The notes beneath the pieces were generated by a model. That model had not been told where the DNA came from. It saw only the letters and a program-made list of their open reading frames with translations, and made no database searches. The position numbers and the translations under genes were made by a program. Below are positions 18,620-28,738 of a stretch of DNA of 36,491 nt, in pieces. The stretch is taken from NCBI GenBank assembly GCA_018238625.1, contig JABCSY010000035.1, forward strand, positions 1 to 36,491, in the 5' to 3' direction. The number at the start of each line of letters is the position of its first letter. Positions within the stretch are counted from its first letter, which is position 1. Source of the stretch: Promethearchaeota archaeon. Lineage in GTDB: Archaea; Asgardarchaeota; Lokiarchaeia; Sigyniarchaeales; SOKP01.

Positions 18620-19633
18620 TTAGGGTAAAATTTGATTTCCTTCTAACTTATACTTCACGAGAGCTAACGCTCCCATTACGCCAATCATATCCAAAAATTT
18701 TGTTACTTTTATTCTTGGAGGGTGATTTATCGTAAATAATACGGGGTCTGTATTGAATTGTTCAATAACGGGAGGTAAAATTAAATCGTAATCTTTCATC
18801 ATAGCTCCACCGAAATATATCGAAGTACAATCGTAATAATTGTTTACGAGGCCAACTCCCACTTTAATATAAAATATACACTGCTCTATAACGCTCTTAG
18901 AAAATTTATCCCCCCCTCTTGTTGCTTGGAAAATTTCTTTCGCCGTAATCTTAGACTCGTCGTTATCAATCATATACATCAAAATTTTAGAGCTTAACTT
19001 AGTTGTTTTTATCGCGTCTAACGCTATGTTTTTAACTCCTGTTCCTGAGCTGTATACTTCCCAACACCCATAAGCGCCACAATTACATTGAAAATTACTC
19101 TGTCGATTAACAATCCCATGCCCGATTTCTGCAGCATTCCCATCCTTTCCGAGAAGTAAATGCCCGTTACAAATAACTCCACCACCAATTCCCGTCGACA
19201 CTGTTATATAAACTAAATTATCTTTTTCATCGTTACTAGCTTCAAAATAACGTACCCCTAAAACCGATGCGTTACCATCGTTAATTAAATAGATTGGTAC
19301 TCCTGGAAATCTTTCTTGAATTGGTTTTTTCAGAGGTATTTCTTTAAAACCTAAGTTAGCATTATTGAAAACTTCGCCAGTTTCTGCATCTAAAGGACCA
19401 GCTGATGCTAGACCAATGCCTAAAACTTGTTCTTTATCAATGTTATTTTCAATTAACAATTGAGTAATTAAGGAAATTACAGTATTACTGATTGAAAGCT
19501 CGTTATCTTTAGGTGTTTGGGCAACTTTAGTTACTATATTTTCTTCCTTTAAATCAGAGGTACATAGAGCGACTCGAATCCATGTGCCTCCAATATCCGC
19601 CCCAACGATAAATTCCTTTATTATTATCACCAA
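18620..19633 (-). CDS. ROK-family sugar kinase (glucokinase-like)
   Basis: GADIGGT, INDGNA, STGIGGG, AAEIGH and Zn motif CNCGAYGCWE. No N-terminal HTH, so a kinase rather than a repressor. Confidence 0.92.
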   Translation of the reverse strand: MVIIIKEFIVGADIGGTWIRVALCTSDLKEENIVTKVAQTPKDNELSISNTVISLITQLLIENNIDKEQVLGIGLASAGPLDAETGEVFNNANLGFKEIPLKKPIQERFPGVPIYLINDGNASVLGVRYFEASNDEKDNLVYITVSTGIGGGVICNGHLLLGKDGNAAEIGHGIVNRQSNFQCNCGAYGCWEVYSSGTGVKNIALDAIKTTKLSSKILMYMIDNDESKITAKEIFQATRGGDKFSKSVIEQCIFYIKVGVGLVNNYYDCTSIYFGGAMMKDYDLILPPVIEQFNTDPVLFTINHPPRIKVTKFLDMIGVMGALALVKYKLEGNQILP

Positions 19634-19650
19634 TTATATTTATTCAAAAC

Positions 19651-20442
19651 TTAATAATAATTTATCTCTATTAAATCGTTATTAATTATTTCTTTAAAAG
19701 TTTTAACAATCTGTTTCATTCTTTTTTCGTCAATTGCAAAAATCCAATATTCCGATGGTATTCTTGCGATTGAATATAATTGTACAATATCCGGTTTAAT
19801 TTTTTTTATCGCATAAGCTAATTGTTCAATATTTTCTTTATTATCGTTGGAAATAAAATCTTCTCTGTATGAATTATAAATTAAACATTGAATTGCTAAT
19901 TTTTTATTTGGCATATCTTTTCTCAATTTAACAAGCGATTCAACAACGATATTAATGTTGCGACAATCTTTATGTGGTCTATTAGTGCTTATCAAGTCGT
20001 TTTCAGTAGCGGCGTCTAATTTTGCCAACACAAGATCAAAATGCTTTACTCTTTCTCGAACGTCTCTTGAATAAAGAGTACTGGAATTAGTAAAAAGCGT
20101 AATAAGAGGAGGTTCGTTGGTCCATTTCAAATCTTTTCTAACATCTAAAGTGATTGCGTAAAAATCTAATAAATTTTCATTGAGTGTGGGTTCTCCGTTA
20201 TATCCGAAGGTTATTGATGTTAAATGAGGAACATATTTTAATATATCTTTAAGTTCTTTTCTAAAGTTAGATGATGGTGGAGCTTTAATTCTATATACTG
20301 GGGAAATTATTTCTTTAGTAGGGCCAATTTCGCAATATACACAATTGTAGGTGCATAATTTATTTTTTGGTAGAATATCTATCCCTAAAGAGAGCCCTAG
20401 TCTTCTCGATCGAAATGGGCCATAAGTGTATTGACGTGGCAT
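19651..20442 (-). CDS. Radical SAM protein (short, uncharacterised Fe-S oxidoreductase family)
   Basis: YGPFRSRRLGLSLGIDI, CTYNCVYCE (CxxxCxxC), NGEPTL, KLDAA. Confidence 0.9.
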   Translation of the reverse strand: MPRQYTYGPFRSRRLGLSLGIDILPKNKLCTYNCVYCEIGPTKEIISPVYRIKAPPSSNFRKELKDILKYVPHLTSITFGYNGEPTLNENLLDFYAITLDVRKDLKWTNEPPLITLFTNSSTLYSRDVRERVKHFDLVLAKLDAATENDLISTNRPHKDCRNINIVVESLVKLRKDMPNKKLAIQCLIYNSYREDFISNDNKENIEQLAYAIKKIKPDIVQLYSIARIPSEYWIFAIDEKRMKQIVKTFKEIINNDLIEINYY

Positions 20443-20452
20443 GTGATTATTC

Positions 20453-21217
20453 TTAATTAAAATAATTAATGATAAAATTCTCTATCGATTTATTGACCTC
20501 ACTTGGTTTTTCTAACATAACCATGTGTCCAGCATCATTTATTACGTTTAGATCTGAATTCTTAATTTTATCGAGGAAAAATTGCGAAAACTTCACCGGC
20601 GTCAAGTTATCTTGTTTCCCTACGATTATTAGACATGGAACTTCAATGCTATCTGTTTTATCGATAGTATCAAATTTATCGCAAATTTTAAAATCTTCAT
20701 ATGTGACTTCTGCCTTAATTTTCGAAGTTTCTTGAATGTATTTATCTATTAATTCTCTTGGTGTTTTTCTATAGAACGCTCCAGCGCGTAATGAATCTAA
20801 AAACGCTTGGTAATTGGATTTTAAAGAGCTTAGGATAATTGGGGCAACTCTTAACCTTCCCCCAGTACTGCATAAAATTAAACCTGAGATATCTTTAGGG
20901 TATGTAAAATAATATTGTTGAGTAATAGCGCCTCCTAAAGAATGTCCACATAAGATTACATTGTCGTAGTTTAAAGATTTAATTAGGAGTCGAATCACAT
21001 CAACATACAAATCGAGGGATAGCTCCGAAAAGTCATTTGATTTGTCATGGGAAGGTAAATCGATAGCGATAAGATCGTAATTAACTTCAAGATCGAATTG
21101 ATTTTTCCAAGTATTTGAACTTCCTCCTGAGCCGTGTATAAAAATAATTACTTTTTTACTTTTAGCTTCCTTAATCCGATAAAAGATCTTCTTCTCTTTA
21201 TAACTCAAGAAAGGCAT
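20453..21217 (-). CDS. Alpha/beta-fold hydrolase
   Basis: FIHGSGG, nucleophile elbow GHSLGG, GKQD, AGHMVMLE (Ser-Asp-His triad). Confidence 0.92.
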   Translation of the reverse strand: MPFLSYKEKKIFYRIKEAKSKKVIIFIHGSGGSSNTWKNQFDLEVNYDLIAIDLPSHDKSNDFSELSLDLYVDVIRLLIKSLNYDNVILCGHSLGGAITQQYYFTYPKDISGLILCSTGGRLRVAPIILSSLKSNYQAFLDSLRAGAFYRKTPRELIDKYIQETSKIKAEVTYEDFKICDKFDTIDKTDSIEVPCLIIVGKQDNLTPVKFSQFFLDKIKNSDLNVINDAGHMVMLEKPSEVNKSIENFIINYFN

Positions 21218-21317
21218 TATTTTTCGTTGAAATTATTATTTAATCTGATTAATTAATAATAACTGAAAAGAAGAACTTAATTTAGTTTTTTCACTTAAGA
21301 ATTAAAAAAAAATAAGA

Positions 21318-23855
21318 TTATTGATCGTTAATTTCAATATCTCGGCGTTGCATTTCTAAAAGACGTTTATATTTACCGTTTAAAGCTATTAAACTTTCAT
21401 GGTCCCCTTGTTCTACGATACCACGTTTATCAGAACCTAGAACGACAATCTGATCTGCATTCTTTATCGTTGATAAGCGGTGTGCGATGATAATGGTGGT
21501 ACGACCCTTACGAGCTTTATTTAAAGCATCTTGGATCAAAGTTTCGGTGTATGGGTCCACAGAAGAAGTTGCCTCGTCTAAAATCAAAATTTTAGGGTCA
21601 GTAATTAGAGCTCTAGCAAAAGCAATTAATTGGCGTTGTCCTATAGAAATGTTAGACCCGTTTTCTTTTAATTTTTTATCGTATTTCTTGTTTAAAGTCT
21701 CAACAAAATTGTGTAATCCTAAGAACTTAGAAACTTCAATCATCTTATTTTCCATTTCAGGTGTGGGATTATCAATGCCATAGAGTAAATTCTCTTTGAT
21801 CGTTCCCGTAAAAAGAAAGGCATCCTGAGGAACAAATCCTATTAATCCTCGTAAGTCCTCTTTGTTTACTTCCCGAATATCAATCCCATCAACGAGTATT
21901 TTTCCACTATTTACGTCGTAAAATCGAGCGAGAAGCTTTACTAAGGTTGTTTTTCCTGCGCCTGTCTCACCAGCAATCGCCAGAGTAGCACCAGGAGTGA
22001 CCTTTAAGTTTAAATCTCTTAATACGTAGCCTTTAGATTGTTGGCGTTTAATCAACATCTTTTTTTCTTCTATAGCATCTTTCACTACTTTTGGAATCTT
22101 ATTTGAAATCTCTGGAGGAATTGATATAGTGGCAAGGGTTTCGAGGATCGCTTGAGGAGACATCTGCATACCACCACCGCCCATTATTCCTTGACTGTCG
22201 CCTCCCATTCCCCCGCTAGTTGGTTGTTTAAAACCTGATTTTGAGCGAAGCATTTTTTCTAAGTTTTTAACCATCATTTCGATCATTTCGGGAGGAATTA
22301 ATTGCCCCATTGAGGATTGATCTTTTGAAGGCATACGTTTCTTTAGATCGCTATCTTTGGTTTTAAATGATGTGGCATAATCAGGATGTTTTTCTGATAA
22401 ATCTGTATTTGGAACGGCATAATGGTATTCGTCTAAAATTTCGTCAATTATCTTAGGAGCATCCTCGGGCTTAACCCGCATTAAGCTCATGAATAATTTC
22501 TGTCGAACATTTTGAGGCATGTGCATGCTATTTTTAAGCATAAAAGAGGAATAAGGTTCTGGGAACTTTTTCATCATTTCTATAGCTCTTTGAATCATAG
22601 GATTCTGTAGCATAGGATTTTGTGCACCAGATGCGGGAGATCCAGATGTAATTCCGGGTGATTGTTTTTGTTTATTGTCATCTAAAATATAACCAAAACT
22701 AACGTCAATAAACTCTATTTTTCCTTTAGATTCGGAAAATGTTTTCGCACTTGTTGGCTCAGGTATTTCTACATTCTCTTCCAATATAGATAATATCCGA
22801 TCTGAAGCGGCTAAAGCACTTCCTATAATCTGTTGCATTTGTAATAACATCATAAATGGGCGGAAAAATTGAGAGAGTAACGAAATAAAGGCAACAAGAA
22901 CTCCAACCGAAATGGTAATACCTAAAATATTAATTTCTCCAATTGCGATAAAACCTCCAAGTAATAGTATAATCACTGTGAGAACCGTAACTATTAAATT
23001 AAATAGAGGAAAAATTGTAGCCATAATCCTCCTAATCTTAACCATTATCTTATAGTTAGCTGTATTTGCTTGATCAAACTCGGAGGATGCTTTTTCTTCT
23101 TGCCCATATGCTTTTACTATCTTAGCTCCTGCAATATTCTCTTGAATCGAAGTTGTAACTTGACCAATCGTTTCTCTAGCCTTCTTAAAAACACTCTTTA
23201 TAATTTTTTGAATAAATATTGCCATAACAAAAAATATAGGAATTATTATCAAGCTGATTAAGGCTAAATAAATGTTGAGCAAGAACATAATTAATACAGT
23301 AATAACAATGGATACAATATTGGTTATTATCTGTACAAATTGCCCTCCTATTAGTAAATTTAGTTGAGTAACGTCGTTAGTTGTAATTGAGATTATATCT
23401 CCTGATGGTCGTTGATCAAAATAATTAAGAGACATGTCTTGCAATTTAAAAAAGAGATCATTTCTTACTCTATACGTAACTTCTTGCGATATTTTTCCCA
23501 TTCCATATTGAGAAATATAAGTTGTGATTGCCATGAAGACGAGTAGGCTTAAAAACAATGCACTCATGATTATTACGTAATATGGATCCCTTGCTACAAT
23601 CCCATTATCTATTAAAGCTGCAGAAACTAACGGACTTATTGTTAAAATTATGGTCCCTAATAAGAGTAAAATTGAATACAGCACAAACTTCCCTTTAAAC
23701 GATTTTAGATAAGAAAGCATCCATTTCCACAGAACCTTGCTGGGATGTTCTAAGTCTGGTTTACCTTCTCCAAACGAGGGGCGCCGATGAGAAGCTATAG
23801 ACGGCTGATTGATTTTTATTTCTTTTCTCTCTTTCTTTTCTTCTGCATTACTCAT
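21318..23855 (-). CDS. Type IV ABC exporter half-transporter (TMD+NBD) with large insertion in the NBD
   Basis: Six-TM domain, Walker A GETGAGKT, Q-loop VPQD, degenerate signature ISIGQ, Walker B ILDEATS, H-loop IAHR. Confidence 0.93.
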   Translation of the reverse strand: MSNAEEKKERKEIKINQPSIASHRRPSFGEGKPDLEHPSKVLWKWMLSYLKSFKGKFVLYSILLLLGTIILTISPLVSAALIDNGIVARDPYYVIIMSALFLSLLVFMAITTYISQYGMGKISQEVTYRVRNDLFFKLQDMSLNYFDQRPSGDIISITTNDVTQLNLLIGGQFVQIITNIVSIVITVLIMFLLNIYLALISLIIIPIFFVMAIFIQKIIKSVFKKARETIGQVTTSIQENIAGAKIVKAYGQEEKASSEFDQANTANYKIMVKIRRIMATIFPLFNLIVTVLTVIILLLGGFIAIGEINILGITISVGVLVAFISLLSQFFRPFMMLLQMQQIIGSALAASDRILSILEENVEIPEPTSAKTFSESKGKIEFIDVSFGYILDDNKQKQSPGITSGSPASGAQNPMLQNPMIQRAIEMMKKFPEPYSSFMLKNSMHMPQNVRQKLFMSLMRVKPEDAPKIIDEILDEYHYAVPNTDLSEKHPDYATSFKTKDSDLKKRMPSKDQSSMGQLIPPEMIEMMVKNLEKMLRSKSGFKQPTSGGMGGDSQGIMGGGGMQMSPQAILETLATISIPPEISNKIPKVVKDAIEEKKMLIKRQQSKGYVLRDLNLKVTPGATLAIAGETGAGKTTLVKLLARFYDVNSGKILVDGIDIREVNKEDLRGLIGFVPQDAFLFTGTIKENLLYGIDNPTPEMENKMIEVSKFLGLHNFVETLNKKYDKKLKENGSNISIGQRQLIAFARALITDPKILILDEATSSVDPYTETLIQDALNKARKGRTTIIIAHRLSTIKNADQIVVLGSDKRGIVEQGDHESLIALNGKYKRLLEMQRRDIEINDQ

Positions 23856-25639
23856 GGAAGATCACCTTTTATACCATTAATTTGTTTAAAATCTGGCAAT
23901 GACTTTTGTTTGTAATATAATGTTTCATAAATTTGTCTATATAACACGTTAGTTTTAATCAAATCATCGTGAACACCAAAACCTATTACTCTTCCTTTAT
24001 CTAAAACTAATATTTTATCAGCATTACGAATAGTTGAAATTCGCTGAGTTATAATGAAAGTTGTAGTTCCCTTAGTGATTTTTTCTAATCCTTTTTGAAT
24101 TTCAAATTCGGTTTCAACATCTACAGAACTGGTAGAATCGTCAAAAATTAGAATTTTTGGCTTTATAATTAACGCACGAGCAATAGAAAGACGTTGTTTT
24201 TGACCTCCTGACAGCCTTGTACCGCGTTCACCTACTATAGCATCGTATTTTTTTGGTAAAGAAATGATAAAGTCATGTAAATTGGCAATTTTAGCCGCTT
24301 CAATTATTTCTTCCATAGTTGCGTTTTCTTTGCCGTACGATATATTATCAGCAATGCTTTTATTGAACAAAAATGTTTCTTGAGAGACTATCCCAACATT
24401 TTTCCTTAAATCTTGTAGACGATATTTACGGATATCTTCTTCATCAATTTTAATTACTCCATCACTTACTTCATAAAATCGAGGAATTAAATTGATAATT
24501 GTAGATTTTCCAGAGCCTGTTGTGCCTAGAATTGCTAATTTTTTTCCAGCAGCAATATTAAACGACACATTTTTTAAAATCCTATGATCAGAAGTGTAAC
24601 CAAAAGAAACGTTTTCAAATTCTACATCGCCTTTCATGTGCTCAATCGAGGTTGCGCCGGGTAAATCTTTAACTTCTGGAGTAGATTCTAAAACGTCTCT
24701 CACGCGGGTTAAAGCCGCATCGGCTTGAACGTACAACAACATAATTTGTCCTAACATAACTAAAGGGAATCCAAGAGTCGCGATAAACGATTGTAATGTG
24801 ATCAAAGTTGCTAAATCCATTAACCCTTCTATTACCCAAATTCCACCCACTAATAATGTGGATACGGTCATGAAGCCAATTATTATATATATGCTTGGCA
24901 TGTAGAATGAATTCAATTTTACTGAACGAACGCTAGCTTTATAAAACCGTTCATTGTTATTCGAAAATTTTTGACCCTCTTTACCTTGAGTATTAAACAT
25001 CCGTACTACTTGAGCGCCCACTATATTTTCTCTAATTGTATTAGTTAATTCCCCAAAGCTATTCCGAGTCTCCAAAAATATTGGTTTTAACTTTTTTGCA
25101 AGATAATATGATAATAAAAGAGAACTTCCAATGGCTATTGAAAATAACCAAGATAATTCTATGCTAAAGAGAATGAACCCGATTGTGACACCTCCTAATT
25201 GGAGAATGGATCTAAGTCCCATATTCAAACCCATTCCAAAGATTTGTTCGCTTTCTTCCACATCACTTGTAGCTCGTGAAATCAATTGCCCCGTCTCAGT
25301 TTTATCAAAATAAGAAAATGATTGTCGAGAAATAGCGTTGTTAATATCCGTGCGAAGATAATAAACAGCTCTTGAGGAAACCTCAGCCCCTCTTAATCGT
25401 GCGGCTCTTTCCAATATAAAGGCTAGAAAACCAAACATAAGAATTAAGCTAAATGAAATAATTAGCTCACTAGCATTAGAAAGCACTGAAAGATTCGGAT
25501 CTAAACCACCAATCATTCTTCCTATTAACATTGGGACGATTACTAAAAACAGCGTAGACATTAATAAATAAATTACTTCGAGAATGAAATCCTTCTTAGA
25601 TTTCATCCAATATTTTAAAATCATTTTAAATGTATTCAT
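23852..25639 (-). CDS. Type IV ABC exporter half-transporter, partner subunit
   Basis: GTTGSGKS, canonical LSGGQ, degenerate Walker B (FDDSTS) and H-loop (ITQR). 4-bp ATGA overlaps with both neighbours. Confidence 0.95.
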   Translation of the reverse strand: MNTFKMILKYWMKSKKDFILEVIYLLMSTLFLVIVPMLIGRMIGGLDPNLSVLSNASELIISFSLILMFGFLAFILERAARLRGAEVSSRAVYYLRTDINNAISRQSFSYFDKTETGQLISRATSDVEESEQIFGMGLNMGLRSILQLGGVTIGFILFSIELSWLFSIAIGSSLLLSYYLAKKLKPIFLETRNSFGELTNTIRENIVGAQVVRMFNTQGKEGQKFSNNNERFYKASVRSVKLNSFYMPSIYIIIGFMTVSTLLVGGIWVIEGLMDLATLITLQSFIATLGFPLVMLGQIMLLYVQADAALTRVRDVLESTPEVKDLPGATSIEHMKGDVEFENVSFGYTSDHRILKNVSFNIAAGKKLAILGTTGSGKSTIINLIPRFYEVSDGVIKIDEEDIRKYRLQDLRKNVGIVSQETFLFNKSIADNISYGKENATMEEIIEAAKIANLHDFIISLPKKYDAIVGERGTRLSGGQKQRLSIARALIIKPKILIFDDSTSSVDVETEFEIQKGLEKITKGTTTFIITQRISTIRNADKILVLDKGRVIGFGVHDDLIKTNVLYRQIYETLYYKQKSLPDFKQINGIKGDLP

Positions 25640-26223
25640 CCTAATTTTTTCTCCTCTTCTGGGTTTTTATCAATCGCTTTATTTTTTAATTGTGAGATTA
25701 CTTCCTCAATTTTCTGATATTGTTTGTTTAGTCGGTTAATTTTTTGCGAAAGTTTCACTTTGTGAAACTCTAATAATTTTAATTTCTCCTCTTCGGATTT
25801 TTCTTCAATTTTTTCGAAAAAGTAGTTAAATGGTCCATATTTTGGAAAAAAATGTCCTGATAACTTCTTATCTGAGCCTATTGTTGCCGCCATTAGTGTT
25901 TCTATTGACTCATTAATTATTTGTTGCTTTTCAAGCATCAGTTTTAGTGTTTCTTCTCCTTTTTTTGTAACTTCGTAAATCTTCCTAGTTCTTCCTTCTT
26001 CTTGTTGTTCTATGAATGTAATTAAGCCATTTTTAGTCATTTCCTTAAGCACTGTATACATTGTAGACGCGGGAGGGCTCCATATTCCGAGAGTTCGTTT
26101 AGTTATATCTTTGCTAATTTTATAACCGTACGAAGGGTTCTTCTCGAGAATTAACAATATAAGCGCGCTAATGAAGCCTTTTTTCATTGCTTTCTCAAAA
26201 TTCTTTGTAATTTCTTCGACCAT
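25636..26223 (-). CDS. PadR-family transcriptional regulator
   Basis: LILLILEKNPSYGYKI, STMYTVLKEMTKNGLI, RTRKIYEVTKKG; first gene of the ABC operon. Confidence 0.92.
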   Translation of the reverse strand: MVEEITKNFEKAMKKGFISALILLILEKNPSYGYKISKDITKRTLGIWSPPASTMYTVLKEMTKNGLITFIEQQEEGRTRKIYEVTKKGEETLKLMLEKQQIINESIETLMAATIGSDKKLSGHFFPKYGPFNYFFEKIEEKSEEEKLKLLEFHKVKLSQKINRLNKQYQKIEEVISQLKNKAIDKNPEEEKKLG

Positions 26224-26286
26224 TCTTATTAAACCTTCAAAAAAAATTGGTTATTCAAATAAATAATATAATATCTCACTTATGGA

Positions 26287-26309
26287 TATATATCGATTAT
26301 TGATATATA
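26287..26309. promoter_or_regulatory. Inverted repeat, candidate PadR operator in a divergent promoter region
   Basis: TATATATCGA-TTA-TTGATATATA (9 of 10 arm positions pair), 63 bp upstream of padR and overlapping TATA-like sequence. Confidence 0.55.
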
Positions 26310-26380
26310 AATTTTGCTATGAAATAATATAAATAGCATAATAAACAACATTGTTACTAAATATAATTGGTGTTTAAAGA

Positions 26381-27709
26381 ATGACAGAAGTGTTTATAGT
26401 CGATACTAAACAAGGTTTAGAATCCGCAGTTAACGAAGTGTTTAATAATTTAGAAAAGATTGAACCAATTTTGAAAAGCTCGAAGGAAGTTTATATTAAA
26501 GTAAATGGAATAGATTATCAGAAACATAGTTTTACATCTCCAGAAGTCTTAAAAGCAGTTATAGAATATCTCAATAATATTGGGGCAGATGTATACGTCA
26601 TGGAAAACTCTACTCAAGCAAATATGACTCGAATAGTTTTTGCAATTAACGGTTTTAAGGAGGTATGCGAGGAGACGGGTGCCAAAATCATATTTTTAGA
26701 CGAAGAAGATACTAAATCTTTTGAATTTAAAGGGAAACCTTCCGTGGCAGAAGATCCTAAAGGATACGTCTTAAAAACCTTTAGATTACCTAAAACTATA
26801 ACTAAAATTATGGAAAATAGAGATTCTATTACATATATTAATCTTCCGAAACTTAAAACCCATTCAATGGCAGGAGTGACGCTTGGAATTAAAAATCAAT
26901 GGGGTTTTCCGCAACACGCAGACAGGGGTAAAGACCACAATTATAACTTACATTCAAAATTAGTAGATGTGTATGAATACATTAAACCAGATATAACGAT
27001 TATTGATGGACTTGAGGGTACGATTCATGGACATTATCCTCCTACCGCGTGGGAAGATCGTCTCGTTAAAAAATTTGATGTCTTGATTGGAGGAAGGGAC
27101 ACGTTAGCTGTTGATGTCGTCGGTGCGAGAATTTTTGGTTTAACCTTAGACGATGTTCCTCATTTAAAAATAGCTTTTAAACGAGGTTTAGGAGAAGGTG
27201 ATTTGAGCAAAATAAAGGTTACGGGAAAGAATTTAGAAGAATATAAGGAGAAGTATGGCACGAATATATTGCAAGAGTTCCCCGAAGATGTAAAAATTAT
27301 TAAAGGTAAGGAATTATTGTGTAGAGAAGGCTGCGAAAACAACCCGTTGTCAATGATGCAGGTATTTGCTAACGACCATAAGGACAAATTTAAAGGAGGC
27401 TGGTTTATAGTCATGGGTAAAGGTCACGACGAAAACATTGTGGAACAATTGAAGAAAGAAGGTTATACTAAAGGCCTCGTAGCAGGTCATTGTGCGATTG
27501 AGGAGGTCGGAGACAAGCTTTTAAAGGAATTTGGGAAACGTAAAGTATTTTTTTCTGGTGATTGCAACAATCTAGCTGAGACTGCAAAAGCGATATTAAA
27601 ACTATCCAAAATGACTGTTTTTGATTTAGTTCCAATTTCAAACGAAGAGTTAATGGCTCTCATCGACGCTGCTAACGAGCAAGGTAGTACCGCATTGGTT
27701 CCACTGTGA
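26381..27709 (+). CDS. DUF362 family Fe-S protein with C-terminal Cys-containing domain
   Basis: VYIKVN, TSPEV, INLPKLKTH...TLGIKNQWG, IIDGLEG, DTLAVD; C-terminal CREGC, GHCA, GDC. Confidence 0.85.
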   Translation: MTEVFIVDTKQGLESAVNEVFNNLEKIEPILKSSKEVYIKVNGIDYQKHSFTSPEVLKAVIEYLNNIGADVYVMENSTQANMTRIVFAINGFKEVCEETGAKIIFLDEEDTKSFEFKGKPSVAEDPKGYVLKTFRLPKTITKIMENRDSITYINLPKLKTHSMAGVTLGIKNQWGFPQHADRGKDHNYNLHSKLVDVYEYIKPDITIIDGLEGTIHGHYPPTAWEDRLVKKFDVLIGGRDTLAVDVVGARIFGLTLDDVPHLKIAFKRGLGEGDLSKIKVTGKNLEEYKEKYGTNILQEFPEDVKIIKGKELLCREGCENNPLSMMQVFANDHKDKFKGGWFIVMGKGHDENIVEQLKKEGYTKGLVAGHCAIEEVGDKLLKEFGKRKVFFSGDCNNLAETAKAILKLSKMTVFDLVPISNEELMALIDAANEQGSTALVPL

Positions 27710-27824
27710 TAAAAGGAAATGTAAAATGAATTGATTCTTACATAGCTTAATTAACTCTTATTTTTTTACTTTTTTGTAAAATAAAATAACGCTCTATTAA
27801 TAATATGGTTCAATAAAATAATTA

Positions 27825-28577
27825 ATGGATTTGGGATCAAAATATTTTGAAATAAAACAGTTCTTATCGATATCTGATGAGAAATTTAATTTGGATCAGA
27901 AAATCGAGAATAATTTTGATTCAGATAACCTTAAAATAGAAATATTAGGTAAGATTGTCCAGTTTATCTATTATTTCTCGATGTTTAAAAATATTAAACC
28001 GTTTATGAATTCCGTTTATAATTGCATTGAATCTACTTTAGATTTGAAAACCGAATCTGTAAATGATTTTAAAGAACTACTAATAAAAAACGCGTTGATG
28101 AGATTTATTCAAGATTATATAGCTTACGCACAATTAACGCAGAAAACGCAAATATTGAGACTATTTTCAGATTCCTTGGATAAACTTCAAATTCAGCCTC
28201 TAATAATAAATTTAGGATTGCTTCTTAAGCCAATGTATCAAGATCAAAAATACATTGATAGAGCTAATAAATTTCAAGAAGTGGAAATCTCTTATTCTCT
28301 TAACGACGGAATTGAGATTAAAATAAAAGACGCAATTGACAAATGGTTAAAAACTCAAACCATAAATTTAGACAACCAAGATAGTTTAATAACGAACTTG
28401 AAAGACCGATATGATACATTAGCAACCGAATTCAATATTACAAATGAATCAGAATTTTATAAAAAATTATCAACGGAAATTATGGAAATGCTATCTATGA
28501 AATTTACAATGATTAGTCTAATGGATTCGATGTCAGACGAATCATTTGAACCAATTCCAATAAAATCCTCTCTTTAA
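27825..28577 (+). CDS. Hypothetical protein (250 aa, likely helical)
   Basis: Long ORF with ATG start; no motif recognised. Confidence 0.75.
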   Translation: MDLGSKYFEIKQFLSISDEKFNLDQKIENNFDSDNLKIEILGKIVQFIYYFSMFKNIKPFMNSVYNCIESTLDLKTESVNDFKELLIKNALMRFIQDYIAYAQLTQKTQILRLFSDSLDKLQIQPLIINLGLLLKPMYQDQKYIDRANKFQEVEISYSLNDGIEIKIKDAIDKWLKTQTINLDNQDSLITNLKDRYDTLATEFNITNESEFYKKLSTEIMEMLSMKFTMISLMDSMSDESFEPIPIKSSL

Positions 28578-28738
28578 TCGAAAATATATTTATTTTCCTT
28601 TTCTGTTTCCTCGAACAATTTCGTAAATTCGTCATTTCAAGATTTAAAATATTGAAATCTATTAATTCTTGGATAAGTAAATTATTAAATACAAATTTTG
28701 ATATTATATTTTAAAAAACCTATCAATTAATTCCTCAA

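Noticed and set aside
22029-22688. ABC insertion as an intein or intron
   Set aside because: No N-terminal Cys/Ser block, no His-Asn end, no LAGLIDADG motif; the frame is open throughout.
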